Source: Candidatus Omnitrophota bacterium
GTDB taxonomy: Bacteria; Omnitrophota; Gorgyraeia; Gygaellales; Profunditerraquicolaceae
Assembly: GCA_030650425.1 (NCBI GenBank)
Contig: JAUSED010000005.1
Span: 14,932-78,931, forward strand
DNA: 64,000 nt
Direction: 5' to 3'
The position numbers were made by a program, and so were the translations under genes. The notes under the pieces were generated by a model. That model was not told the DNA's origin. It ran no database searches and saw nothing but the letters and a program-made list of their open reading frames with translations. Positions 15,001 through 30,000 of this stretch are shown piece by piece (position 1 is the first letter of the stretch; each line of letters opens with the position of its first letter).

Positions 15001-18000
15001 CCTTTCACCGGCAGAGTGGTGATCGCCTCTTTGGATTTATCGGTTTTACGCTGGGCAATGGAGGAGAATAAAACCGGCAAACACAGGTTTACTATTCTCA
15101 ATACCTTTGACGGCGTAGAAATCAAAACCGATGAAAACTTAGCGGTCAAGGAATTAAGCGAGGATAAAAAGATTAAAGTCAAAGGCATTGCCCACACGCT
15201 TCCCAAGGGGACTAAGTATATAGAAGGGAAAGAAGGCATTCTACCAGTGGCCTATGATAAAGAGCTGAATGTGCCCAAGGCCATTGCTTATAGCCTTGAT
15301 CCGCAAGTAGGCACCAGTTTTATCTATAACTTGAAAGAACTAAAGAATGTGGAGATCATTAAAGAGAATAAAGAGGTTAAATTTAATAATGGTACCTCTA
15401 TTCTCCTTACGCCGGGTACTTCCGTAATTTGGTATTATGATCAGGATGGCAAGACTGCGGTTCCGTTGATCATTGAATATGCCAAGAACAATGAAAACAA
15501 AGGCGCCAGGATTGAGGATAACGAAGGAAACAGCCTGCCTTTTGCCCAGCCGTTTGGCGTAATGGATAGCAAGAAGGAGCCGGATAAAAAAGGCATTCCT
15601 TACGCGGCAAAAGCCACGCAGGAAACCAATATCCAGAATGAATATAAATCTAAGCTCTACAATGAATATATGCTGCAGGTAGTCAGGCTGAATCAACTGC
15701 GCCGGCAGATGGTGGCGTTTAATAAATTGGCAGAAGCAATTAATCGTTTGTCACTGGATCAAGAAAAGGCGCGCAATCTTTTGGATAAACTCTACGGTAT
15801 GGAGTATTGGAAGCAGCAGCTTAATTTAGAAATGCAGATGGCAAAATCTAAGGTGCAGGGAGAGCTGAATAATATCGCCAATGCCAAGTCAGCTTATCAA
15901 AATGAGTTAACCAAGGCTCAAGCGGGAATTGAGAGCGCCAATCAGGAACTGTCAACGGTAAATGCCAAGATTAGCGAAGCTGAACAGCTTTTGGCTAAGG
16001 CGCAAGCCAGCAATAATAAAGAACTGGCTGACTTTTTGCAGCGCATACTAAACGGCGATCTTGAACCGGGCAGCACTAATAAAGGGTTATATAATTCTAA
16101 AACTGTGGCGCAGGCCAATCTTAGCAATGCCCAAGCATATGTGGGTAAGTTAGAGAGTAAGGATGTTAGCGCAAGCGATGTAGTTTTGGATTATGTAACT
16201 GCTCTGCGTAACGAAGTAGGATTAAGCACTATCAGTAATTTTGCTGATGGCGTAGGCAAGGATTGGCAAAAGAATCCGCTGCAGGTGGTAGCCGCGTGGA
16301 AACAATATCAAATCGCAGGGCTTGACCCGAATGAAATTCAAAAAGGCATAGATTATTATAATCAAAAATTAGATTTCCTAAAAAATACTGCCGTAGCGGA
16401 TTTAGATACCAAAACAAGCGGCGCCCAGCAGAATCTGGCGGATTTGACCAAAGAGCAAACTGACTTAAACGGCCCGGCGATTGTGAATAATAACTTTAAT
16501 TCGGCTTCTGTCGCGGGCATCAAGGCGGAAATAGACTTCATTTCCGGCCAGAATCGGGTGGATACCCTGCATTTAGAAGCCCTGGATACCAAGCTTTACT
16601 ACGCTTCCGGAAGACAGCAGGATGTGGCGAAATTAATTCCACAGACGCAAAAATACCTTGAAGACCTTAATGCTAATAAAATAAGCGCGCAGGCAGCAAT
16701 CGCCGGACTGGAAAAGTCCATTCAGGATGCCCAAATTTACAAAGATTACCTCGCGCAAAATCAGCAGGTGGATACGGTATACCTTGATTGGCGGGAAAAA
16801 ATGATCAGCGATACCTGGGGCGCCTTGAACTTGAACAAAGATGCCAAAGCGCTTGTCGCGCAGGCGATGGATAACATTAGCCAATATCAGCGTGAACACC
16901 TCGTAGAAAAAAGAGGGCTTTATGCTCAAAGGGACAGGATTGTTAATTTAGGAGAGAAGATTAAAGGCCTAGCTAAAGAATACAAATTACCTGAGCCGTA
17001 TCTTTTCGGTAAGGATGAGCTGGATAAAGTGCTTAACGCCGCCTATCCTGAAGTTGAATATCTGGCTTTCCAAAATGACGGCGCGGTAGGAAATATGATG
17101 TGGACCAGGGATTTGGTCAGGGCCTTAGGTATCAATTTTGATTTAGGAATGTGGGGTATTCAGGAGGGCAAGAATAATCCGGCTGCCACAGGCTGGTCAG
17201 TGTTAATGGCCAAGGAAGGCGAAACTTGGACTTCCCTAACCAAAGCCGAATTGGTTAAGAGGATACAGACAAAACAAATCGGGCCGGGCGCGTCTGAAGT
17301 TGAAAAAAATACTGAATACCGCGTGGTGCTTCTGGAGAGTTTTGGCATTAATCCTAGCGGCAATCTTACTTTTGTTTACAACGGTTACGCGGACTTAGAC
17401 TTGGATGGCAGCGGCAATATCTACGCCCATAATCTTAACCTGCGCAACGAGTTTGGCAAAGACAAGCAGTTTTTTGGCGAGCTCAAAGCGAGTATGGTTT
17501 CACTCTCTAAATCCGGCACGGAGTTATTATATTGGAAAGACCAGCAGGAGATTAAACATATTCCGGCAGCGATTGATGTAGCGGAAAAATATTACGCGGT
17601 GGATTTGAACTTTGGTTATGAAAAGGATGGTAAAGGGATTAATTTCTTCGTGCGCTGGATTCAGGACACCTCGGATTATTTCGGATTTAATGAAATCTTG
17701 CCCGGCATTGGCGCAAAATATTCTTTCGGTAAAGTGGTAGGTTTACAGGGAGAGGCTACACCGAAGACTATAAGGATTAACACCTCAGTCAAGCTGCCTA
17801 AAGATGCTACGCTTGATTTTGGTTGGAAAAACGATAATCTCTACCATAAGAATTATTATAGCGCCAGCCTTGAGATTCCGCTTCCGGTTTTCAGGCAGAT
17901 GAAAGTGCGGATGGAGGCTAATCTCGGCGAAAAAGGGAGCAGTTTTTACGGCCTTAAGGTTGGGCCAATTTATAAAGTGGATAAGAAAGGCCAAGAGAAA

Positions 18001-21000
18001 AAGGCATTCCCGATTAATCCGGAAAATAAGCCACAGTTGATTGAGAACGTGAACGCCTGGATGGCCAAAACTACGCTTAAGCCGGCAAAATCCGCTGAAT
18101 ATCCTCAAGCGCCTAAAAATTTCCTGAACCAGACGATGGTTATAAACGGTAAAGAATTTACGGTAATTTATTCGCCTGAAGGCGCCTATGTTTACAGTAT
18201 GATGATGTTAGATTGGGGCGCGAAATATTCTCGGGATAAAGAGCCGGTAAAATTAAGCGAAGAAGAATTTTATACCGCGCGCAGGCTGAAAGACATTGTG
18301 GAGAAGGTTTCCGAAGACAAATTGAATCAGGCCGGGATCTATAAGGAAGTTAAGAGTAGGGAAGAATTTTATTATACCTTAATCAAAGGCCAGAAGGTTT
18401 ACCTGAATGCCAGATTTGTAAAGGGTAAGATGGTTGCGGATAGGGATGCAATGGAGATGCTTATCCTGCTTAAGGCGGATACCTTTGAAGTAGTTGACTT
18501 AGGCAAAGAAGCCTTGGATTTAGTAACCAAGATGCGCCGAGAAACCGGAGTTCTCTACGCGGATAAGATGCATATACTCAATAATACGGAGTTGCAGGAG
18601 ATTATCAATGGGGGATATTTGTATGGAGTTAAAAATAAGGAGAATAAGGTTGTCCTGAAGGCAAAAGGATATCAGGGAATGGAAGGGGTCTTGGAGCTGG
18701 GGATTGGCGGCGTATCTATCTTAAGGGATGTTGTCAAGTCTTCGTATGTCCGTTTAACCCGCGAAGACGGCCAGACGCGTTTTATTAAAGCTAATAAAGA
18801 ATTGCCTTATACCATTAAGGCTGAATTAATCCACGATAGCCGGGCGCCTCCGGAAACCACCTCTGGATTTACTTTAAGAGAGCTTACTCCTGCCGAAGTT
18901 AAGAGCCGCAAATTTGCTGTGGTTGACGCGATTTTCACCGAATCCGGAAAGCATTATTTAGTTGATTATCTGCCCTATCAAGCCGAAGAAGAATTAGGAA
19001 AACCTGCCGTATATTTGCATTCAGAATTAATTACTATTCCCGTCTCCGGGCGAGATTTAAGAAAAGGCGAGATTAACATTCCTGATTTTGCCAAGATGAG
19101 GCCAGCCAAGAAAGATGAGCTTAGGTGGGAATATAACCCTCTGCTTGGCGAAAAGGTAAAGATTAAGATCTCCGGCCAAGAGAATGCCGCTACTCTGTCA
19201 ATAAAGAAAGACGGCAAGGAGCATATTGTTTCTTATTCGCCTGAAGTCGAGGCGTTCTTTGATTGGGTAAATACTTATAATTACGCCTATCAAAACATCC
19301 CGCAAAAAGGGATCAAGGTTTACTTTAGCAAAGAGGAAATGCCTACCAGCTGGTATCCTGAGAAAATTGACCAAACGCTGATTGTCGGCAAGCCGCAATA
19401 TTTTAGCGATGACAAAAAATACGGAGAGGCAATTGTTAAGATTGCTTCCCTTTACGGCTATAAAGAGGCCAAGGCATTTGAAAAAGAATATCAAGGCGCT
19501 GTATTTGATTTAAGGACCAATGGCTTGGTGGTTTATACTGACAAAGGCCGCGATGCCGTATATATCATCCGCTATCAGGATGACCAGGAGAGGATAGTTA
19601 CTGAAGCCATCAAGTCCTTTAAAGTAGGCCAGAAATCTGAGCCGCTGACGGTTGCGCAGGAAACAATTCCTTACATCATCGCCTTAAATAATTTTAAGGA
19701 TGGTAAAGAAACCGATGCTAATACTATCTTTACTAAGGTGAAGTTGGAAGATTTACGCCGCCTTGATAATTACGAGCAATTCAAACAGCTAATATTAAAG
19801 AACCAAACAATGGTTACTGCACACTCGAAAAGCATTACCCCTCAAGAAATCCCATACCAGCAGATTAATAAGATCATCGAAAAATTTGCAAGCTTAGGAT
19901 ACAAGGCTCTTAACCGGGACAAAACTCCCTACAGGGCAGATAGTTTAAAGAAATTAGTTAAGATAGCCAACCTTAATCCTGACGGAAAACCGCGGAGCTT
20001 TGAGTATCAAGGTTTTGGCGACTCTAGCCTTCCCCGTATCAAGGTAATTGAAGGCAAGGTTCTGGCCTTTGGCGAGTATGAAATAGAAGGCCGTTTCGCC
20101 GATATCGTCTTTGACTACCAAGGCAAAAAACTAAGCCTGCGTTTTGATTTGGATAAACAATCGGATGAACCTATAGCCGTATCGTTCTTCATTGATAACC
20201 AGAGGACTTTAGTTATAGACCTTTATAAAGAGCTGTTATTTATAGATGTAAGAAACAAAGATCAGGGTTACTGGACAATGCGCCAGCACCTGAGAAAGAA
20301 CGGAATATTTGATAGTAAGTGGAATGAGATAATAGACAATATCAGCCATATTTTTGCTTATAAAATAGATAGGGAAGAGAGCTTTACTTATGATGGCCAT
20401 CCAGCTTACCATCCTTCTTTATTGAAAGCATTGGAGATACCTTCTATTACTAAAACTACTTATTTAAAGTATAACGGTGAAACTAAACCGATTGAAATCG
20501 GGTTGGGTAGATTGGTTACAATAGATTCTGAAAAAGGGCTTATACAGTCAGAAAGCATAGTACACATTTATAATAAACTTAATCAATTCTTGGGAGATGT
20601 TACTTATGTCGCGTATAGGGATTTCAAGGGTAATGTGAGAATCCAGACTTGGGAAGGCATAGTAAATGGAGAAAAAATTGATGTTGCAACTTATGTAATT
20701 GATTATGATAAATATGGCTTAGGTTACGATTCTTTCACTATTATCAATAACGAAATAAATTCTTACACCAAACATGTTGGTAAGGATAGGGATACCGGTT
20801 TATTCTTTTTCTTAACCTTGGAAGGAGTCTTCTCTCAAGTTCCCGGTTTACAGGCTGTCGCCATAAATAATTACGAATTACTTAGAGAAAAATTAAAAAA
20901 TAAGGATGCTAAGATATTCCCTAAAGGTTTGAGGAGTGTCAGTCTTGCTGGTAAGACCGGAGAAGGTAAGATGTCTAGGGTTCTGGAAGGGTTTGATGAG

Positions 21001-24000
21001 TCTAAGTCTGCCAGTTTGTTATCCGGAAAGGCTAACGGTGAATTATTCAAAAAAGACAATCTCTCCAGCCTATTTGATACTATTACCTTTATTGAGCATG
21101 TTCAGACAATTAATAGCGCTTATGAAGCAGGCCCGTTAAACTTAGGGTATGGACAGAAGGGCAAGGCGTACCGTTATAAAGGAAGTTTCCGAGAATCGGA
21201 TTACAAAAGAGCTAAGCTGATAAGCGAAAGCGATCTTTTCGACATTAGCGATGATCTGCTCTTTATCTATAATATTAATGATAGCCGTGTGGATAAGAAG
21301 AGCCTGAAACAAAAAGCGCTTCATCCCATAGGGTTGTTAGTCTGGGAGTTTTATAAAGACCAGACACTCTTTGGCCTAGAGCGTTGGGGGAAAGATCCGG
21401 TCAGAAAAGTTTATTATGATTCCGTACATCAGGTTGCCAGAGAGACATTCAGGGTTAATGGCGATAAGCTTGAGCCTTTATACAAGCATGTAGTGGTATT
21501 TATGGAAGACCTTCCGGGTTTCTATTGGGTTGGGGATATAGACGTATCTAACGGCTGGACGGATAAAGTAAATAAGGCTTTTGATAATACCATTGTCAAT
21601 GGGCCAAAGGTCAAACATTTAACCAGCCGCAGCATTTTCAATGACAAAAAAGAATTATTGGAGGTATTGGCCAGAGAGGAGCTTATCGAAAATAACAATT
21701 CTGACTATATATTCTGGAATATTAATAGTGCAAAAGAATTGGAGTCGCGTTTGTCAAATACTGGAATCAATGATTCAGATAAGCAACAGATAATGGATAT
21801 ATATGGCCATTCTTTGTTATCGGTTTCGCTGATGAATTCTAAAGATGCGAAAGAACTCTTGTTAAATCGCAGGGGACTGCTTTTCTATTTAGATAAACAG
21901 AAAGAAGAGAGGAAGGATCAGTGGAGGAAAGAGTATAAGATTCAAGCATCTGATCTTTGGGGCGAGTTTAAAGAGTATATAGTCAATGTAGGAAGATTAA
22001 CAGGAGTTAACAGTTTCTTCCCGGTTCATAGCACAGATATGAGCTTTGGCAAGGCATTGGCTATTTTAGCCCTTTTGATAGCGGGGAGTATATTATTAGG
22101 CATAAAACTTGCAAAGTTAAACGTATGGGCAGCAAGGGGATTGAGAATATTATTATGGTTTGGCGCTATTTTTACCATAGGCGCGATATTCGGCCCATTT
22201 AAAGCATTAGTGAGCTTGGCAGTATTGAGTTTGGGAGTAACGTTAATCCGTTTACTTATGTTCCCGCTCTTGCGGCTTTTAGTGAACGTATTCATCTTGG
22301 CATATGTAGCATTTGGTAAGAGGGTAATTCGATTTAAAGGTAATTCGTTAAAAGATGAAGCTCTTTATGTGATAGGCAAGGTCTTGAGGTTTATTGTGTA
22401 TCTGCCTATCACCTTACCATTTATACTTATCGGTCGCGTTTCAAAACTGTTAGTTGTAGCAGTACATAAGAAAATAGGAGCAATAGAAAATTATAAATAT
22501 GAAGGCTCTGAGCCTAAAATTATTGAAGAGCTTATCGCGCGCTTCCCGGCATTTTCTTACGCTAAACTATTCCTCCACTATTTAGAAAGATTATTAGAGA
22601 GAGATCTAAATGGCCTCAAAAATGAGTTCTATGGCGAGAAAAGCAAAGAAAACAAGAAGAGAGAAGCAATTGAAAAAAGAGAGGCTTCCCTGAGGGATGA
22701 GCTGCCGAAGCAGCACGTAGAAGATCTAGATAAGGAATTAAAGATTCAATTGATCCTAAGGCCGATTGTTGAGTTGTTCCAAATCGTGCTTAAGGATGAA
22801 GGTGATCGCTACGAGCGTTACGTTTCAGGAAAAGAAAGACGCGAAAAAGAGAGCATCCCTCTAGTAATGAGTTTCTTCAAGGACTTTATTGAGTACTACC
22901 TAAGGGATCAAGGTGCAGGAATAAATGTAGGCAATCCTCTAGATATTGCTGGAGCAAAAGATCTTCTTTGGAAGATAGCCGAATATCCTGCGGATGAGTC
23001 TCGCGCAGAGGAATCCAAAAAAATAGCGCAAAGAATAATGAAATATCTGCAAGGGAAATACGAAGGCAACGCGTTATATCTGCCGCAGTATCCTTATGGG
23101 AAGATTCGCGGCTACTTGTTACTGCACTATAGATTCGCCAAGTATATGTTTGACGCGGTAGCTCTTTCAAATGGACTCGATAAAAAACTTGATGAGCTAG
23201 AGAAGAATCCAACAACAAAGGAATGGGCTAAGAAACGCAAGGAAGAAATAGCGGTTAAACGCACCTTTATGGCAGTGATGTTTGCGACTTGGATTGGCTT
23301 TAATATTGCGCTCGGAGTGATAAGCCTTTTCTATGTCTATAACCTATTGCCTCTTTTGGCCCTGCCTTTTGGGTTATTGCTTTTTATAATGAATATGCGT
23401 TCGTCGTTGCGCACCTTCTGGTACCTATACTTAGAGGCCATTGCCACATTAGAGGATAAGGCCGCTTATAATGATTACAATAAGCTGCGTAAGTCCGCAT
23501 TAGAGCAAGTCATTTCCGATGATTACCTCAAGTATGCTTATGAAAATTTACTAATAAAAGAGACTTTAGAGCAATACGGCCTTGCCAGTGAAGAGGCAAT
23601 TAAGAAAATGCTAGATGAGCATAAAAAGGGCAATATCCTTTTGCCTGAGAAGGACGTTTCTATTCGTGGAAAACGAGTGATTATATATTTCTTCAATATG
23701 GCACAATTATACAAGGAAGGGCAGAAAGAAGGAAAGAAAGAATATATTGATATAAGTAAGTTGAAGTTCTTAACTATGCATATATCAGCTTATACAGATA
23801 ATGTGTTGCCGACTTCGGAAGTTTTGGATGGAGATGATCTGTCTAATCCTGTCGGTTCAGGCCGGGTGAGAGCGGTAAAATCGACATTCATAATGCTCAA
23901 AGAAAGTTTTTACGAAGAATGGATATTTTTTGTAGCCAAAAAATTTAAAGGACTTAGTATTGAAGATAAGGAGGTTATATTAAATCCAAAAACATCATTT

Positions 24001-27000
24001 AAAAATACTGTCAAGATATTATTAAAGGTTAATCCCGGTAAAAAAGAGAAAGAAATTAGAGAAGATATTATTAATAACTGGGTGGCTTACAGAGGAACAT
24101 ATCTTTACAATACCACAAAAACTATAGAGCACTCTGCGATCCCTGCGTATAAGCTTTTATTTATGAATAAATTAAGTAACTTTGTTACTCTCAAGGATGC
24201 CGAAAAAAGGATTATTATAAATTGGTTCAGCAGCTATTTTGCTACAGTAGTGAAAAGAATTGAAGATTTAAGCAAGGAGGAAGACGAGCTCAATAAAGCA
24301 ATGATAAGAAAAGAAGAAGAATCTAAAAAAGAGAAAGTAGCAGATAAAATCAATAGAATCAGTAAAGAAATTGAGGTAATAAAAGAAGAGCTTAAAAAAG
24401 TGCAAAGCGAAAAGGCAAAACTTGATGAATACAGAAAGAGACTAGAGAGTATCCAAACCTCCGGTAAATATCAAGTATTGATTAGTGAATGGGAATCCGA
24501 TAGTGAAGCTGGCAAGAAATTTAATGAGAAGATGCAGAATGAGATAATTGAAGACCTAATCTCTAATTATTTACGTATACTATTAATTTATAATTTTGAT
24601 ATGAACAGCCAGAAAAGGGATATTGACAATGAAAATATCTACAAAGAATTCTACAATAAGGGTTGGACAGTGAATAAAAAATCATTGCGGACCATTGCTG
24701 CTGCCACTGATGAATCTTCCCGATTTTACGATAGCAAGGTTCAGGCTTGGGCATTTGCCCGTCCGTATCTAGGCCCGCAAGAAAATAGCGGGGTTCTGGG
24801 AGCTGAAGGTTTACAAACTCCGGGGGTATTATTTTCAACTGACTGGTCGCATTTAGCCTTTCCCGCTAATTTCTTCCTGCTTCCTTATGATACTTACGAA
24901 TTCACTAAAGATCATAAATTGGGTATTCTTCTGGATAAATTATTAATAGGCGATGAAAATATTACTTCGGCTAATGAATGCGCCAAGGTTTCTGAAGATT
25001 CCTGGAATACCAGAGTTATTCCGCCAAAATCTGTGACTAATACTCCGAGTTATTATGGTAAAGGTATGATGCTGGTTGACGCACTGGATGCGGTTTATGA
25101 ATCTAAGATTGAAGATACGGCCTCAGGTAATGAAATCTTAAAACAGGGGTATGCCAGTCGTTACAGCCCGAGGACAATACTTTATCAGGCTAGAGAAAAG
25201 GTGTATGGAGCATTCCCGGCTTTCTTTGGCAGGTTTGGCGCTCCCATTGCCGATGATTTTTTATCTGTACGTTTCCAGAAATTTATTCGCTCGCCAGATT
25301 TGGATTGGTCAGAAAAAGCAGGGATTATCCTTGACTATGATTATTATCTTCATAAACCATGGATTCTAATGTTGAATTTTACCATTTATGTACTTGGTTT
25401 TTATCTTATGTGGAATGTATTCAGCTACTTGGCGCTTCCGCTTATTGCAGTGGTCTTGGGACAGATATTCTCCCAGTCTATTACCGGCTCTTCCGCCGGA
25501 TACTTTATCAGGGAAAGAGGATGGTTTAAAGGCTGGTCGTATCATATAGATTTATTCTTTAGGATGATATTTGTATTTGTTCCTTTTATACCGTTACTCT
25601 CCAATAAGATATTTCAGGCGTTAGAGGGACTATCTGGGGTCTTTACCCGCGGGCTCAAAAGTACGGATTGGGCAAAGGTTCCTTTTAGCGACCTGTTTCA
25701 GGTGTTTAGGCGAGGTATCATAATAGGGTTTTGGTTGGGATTGATATTTATTGTCTCGCCATATCATCCCTATGGCATTCTTGCTCCAGTGTTTTTCTTT
25801 TTCTTCCCGCTAGCTTTTATTATCGGCCCGTTTTTGAACAATGGTTCATACTGGGCTAGCCTTTGGCAAATTATATCCGTTATTCCCTATCTATTATTTG
25901 ATTGGGTGGTGAAGTTTACAGAAGAAAAGGCGTTAGTAAGGGCATTGAATAAAAATTGGGGGCAACTTAAAACTAAGATTAACGCGGATAAGGACCTTAC
26001 GGAAAAATCAAAAGAAATAATTATAAAGACTGTAGAAAATATTTTCCTCTATAAATTAATCTCTGATATTAAAGATAGAAGTAAGATAAATCTGGTTTGG
26101 GAGAGGTTTGATTCATTAATCCCAAGGATAAATATTACCAAAGATGGAAAGCTGCATAAGTTACTGTCTTTAGAAAACAAAGATTCAGAAAATAAGGATT
26201 CGAAACGAAAGATATATCCTTTTTTAAAGAGTTATATAGTTATAAATTCTGCAGGCGATCAAAATATAGGCGCCAAGAAGAAAAGAATATTGCAATGGAA
26301 TTTTAAGACTATACGGACCAAGAAGAATAATATTTCTGAAGAACTCGATAAGTATGTTGAGGGCTTATGGTTGAGAGAAATATTAAAACATTTACAAGAC
26401 ACAGGAAAGAGTATTAAGGAATTGACTGGAATAGCCGTTGAAGATTATCAGGTTTTTATTTTTGATATAGACGGAACGGTATCGAATAAAGTATCCTTGG
26501 ATGTCAGCCCTAATGCTGAAACTATTGAGCAGTTGTTACTGCTCAATAAGACGGTAGTGATAGTCTCTTTTGCCGGAATCGAAAAGCAGATACAACGCAC
26601 GTATGTTCCTTTAAAACGCTCATTAGAAAGAAAATACCGGGCTGATGTGCTGAAGAATTTCTTTATCTATTCCTGCGGAGCTGGAGCGCTTGCTACGTAT
26701 GACGCTAAAGTCAAACTTATAGATGACAGGGGCGAAAATACCCCCGGGTGGCTGGTCGCGGATAAAGAGTTTACTTTTAATAATGTTTTTGGAAAGACTA
26801 GCGCTAAGATAATTGGAGATATAGCGCAAGGGTTGTTGGATTATATGTATGAATCTGGCGCTAAACAAAGTATTTTTAGTGATGATGTGCTAGCTAAAGA
26901 TAGGGCTTGGGATACTGACAACGCTAATAAAAAAGTTGATCGGCGCGGAATTACATTACTGCTTCCTAAGGGCGAAAAAGCCGGTGATTATTATGAGAAG

Positions 27001-30000
27001 GCTAAACCACGGACAGTATCCCAGCTTGCATTTTACGCTCCTCCGGATTTAAGGTTGATGCTTTTAATGAAGATGAGGCTGTTAGTTAAGAAAGCAATTG
27101 GTTTAAAGTTAGAAGAGGTTAGGAAAGAGCTTAGAAGCCTTTTAGGTACTCAATCTGAAAAAGTTCTGCAGAAAATAGGCGGCGATAAGGAACTAATCAG
27201 AAATTTGGTTTTATGGGAATATTATAAGGCCATAAAGTCGGAGGATGATACAGAAGGATTGTTTAAGTTCGCAGAAGCAAAGATTACTGATAGCCTTGGT
27301 GCTTTGGTGGATAACGAGAATAAGGCAAAGATTATGGATCTTTTAGCTGCTTATGCGGATATTTCCCGTCCAATTGATGTCAGGGAAGGTGGCCAGGTCG
27401 ATAAAGGAAATACCGTAGAGGTCACTCTTATTACAAAAGGTGGAAAACTAAACGCGTTGGAGAATGCCGTTAAAAGATTGGCTAATAAAGAAATGGAAGG
27501 TATGTCCGGAGAGGAAAAGAAGAGGCAAAAAGAAGCAATTATCAAGAGAATAGGCAGTCACGCAATGTATTTTGGCGATGAATGGTGGCTTCCCGAAGAT
27601 CCAATCAAGGTAACATTAAATCCGAAAATTGACTATAAGCGAGTATTTGATCTTAATACATGGGAAATGACGCCGGAAGAAAAGTTTATTTATGAAAGCT
27701 GGTTTCTTGGCGACATAATCAAGGATGATAGAAAACTTACTGAGGTAGTCAAGCAGAGGGCTAAGGATACTGGCGAAGTCAGAGAAGGCGAATTGGCGGG
27801 AGATAAGATAAAAGAAAGAGTTGAGCTTATAAAAGGTAATCCTGCTAAATATTATTTTAGCCTTGACCAGAGCGGAAGTTTCATTTATGAAAATAAGCTT
27901 TATTGGCGCGGAGAAGGTAATGATGTTTCAACAGTATTCCATCCTGATGCTTTGAAGGTATGCGTAACAACCACAGATAGAATACCGCAAATTTCTAATA
28001 CGATAATGAAGGCAGTGGGTATAGGTAAAAAAGAGAAAGGGAAAGGCTATATCGTTTTAGACAAGCCGGAAGAGCTTAGCGCGGATTATCATGGAGTAAA
28101 GAAGATCAATACTCTAGCTTTTAAAAATGCAGGGGGGGATGGTTATTCTTATAAATTTGTCTGGATGCCGCAAGGTGATCCTGACGCTACCGCCAGATGG
28201 CTGACTAAGTGTATAAATGAAACAATACTGGAGCAAAAAGTTTCATCATCTTCCGCGTTAAGCTTAGGAAAATTGTTTATAGCGGCAGCCGTTCCAATGT
28301 TTGCTTTTTCAGCTTGTGCCCAGAGCGCAGTACAATCACCGTTAGTTACACAAATCTTTAACTCGATTTTAGATAATCCGTATATCAGCATTATTATAAT
28401 CGCAGCGTTGTCAGGAATATGGATTTATCTTAGAATAACTCGGGTACTAAGATTGATTAGGAAATTAACCAATTCAGAATCCGTTATCCGCCAATCCGCC
28501 TATGATGCTTTAGAAAAACTAGGTGCATTAACAACAGATTTAGAAATCAGTAAATATTCTGTAGATTTAAATATTAATAATATTGATATCACTGCAATCA
28601 ATGCCTTGAGTAAACTTAATGCCTTAACTACTGAACAACAAGAAAAGGCAGTCACATCTTTAAGGAATATGTTAAGTATTGCAAATGAAGAGATCCTATC
28701 TATTCCCCAATTTATCATTACTCATTATGCCGGAGAATCTTATAATCCTATTCCTTGGGAAAAGCCGAGAGGATATGAGATTGATGGTTATGAGGAAGAA
28801 ATTTTAACAGAGGAGAGGGTAGAAGAGAATTATGACTATTTTATAATTAATAGTCGCATAAATAGATTAGAAAAAGAAATTAAAGAAATAGAAAATCTTA
28901 AAACTTGCGATAGGGTTTTACTTCAAACTTCAAAGAATAGTTTTAGTGAACTAGAACAATTCTTAGCCGAAGCCCAAGCTCAAGGCAGAACAGTTTCAGC
29001 TAAGGCTTTAGCCGAGGAAATTGAGCGTAGGAATAAAGAGGGTCAGGAAAAGGAACAGAGGGAAAGAAAATTCGCTGAGTTGACCTCAGCAATGCAAGAA
29101 AAAGAAAAGATTATCGCTGAACTCAAAATCAGGGCAGTCGAGCTAGAAGCTAAACTCAATGAAAGCCGCCAACAGGAATCTAACGTAACCAGTGATTTAA
29201 ACCAAGCTCAAACCGAGAAAGCAAAAATTGAAGCTGCAATAACTGAGTTAACTGAAGATATGGCCGGGGCTACCCTAGCGAAAAGAAATATAACAGTCAA
29301 CGTTCTATCCGCTGCTCTTAATCAGAATCAGCAATCACTTCAACCATTGGTCCAGAAAGCTCAGGAATTAGAGAATCTAAAAATTACTTCAGCCAAACAG
29401 ACAGAAGTAATAGAAACAAACCTTTCCTTAATTCAACAAAACTTATCTACTGTTAAAAGAGAATTAGCAGCTCTTGATAAAGTGATGAGTGATTTACGAT
29501 CTTCCAGCCCTATCCAAACCGGTGCATTGGTTGGGACGAGGTTTGAGCAACAGGTTGCCCGGTTGATGGGCGTGGGGTCCCTTAGCGAAACCCTACGCGG
29601 TATTGATATTAGAACTAAGGAAGAATTGGCTAACGGGGCTATAGGGCAGATTAACTCGTTCTTAGCGGCAAAAGGCCTTTCCCTAGATATCATTACTCAG
29701 GAGCAATTTAACCAATTTTTTGGAGTGCGGCCCATAGTAATGGCTGCGGGTAATGCCACTAGATTCTCAAGGTTTATCCATAAGTGCCTTGCCTTCGCAG
29801 GGTTAGACCAGACTAATATCGCTAATGCCATCAAAGGCGCCTATACTTCTCCTGAAATTCTGCCGGTTGTAGCTGTCTCAGAAAAAATCTTTGGGATGTT
29901 GGTTAAAGATGAATATTTGAACGGTTATAATACCAGTAATTTTCACTATACTGTCAACGAAGATATTAAAAAAGAATATATCGTTGAACGCGCCTTGGGG

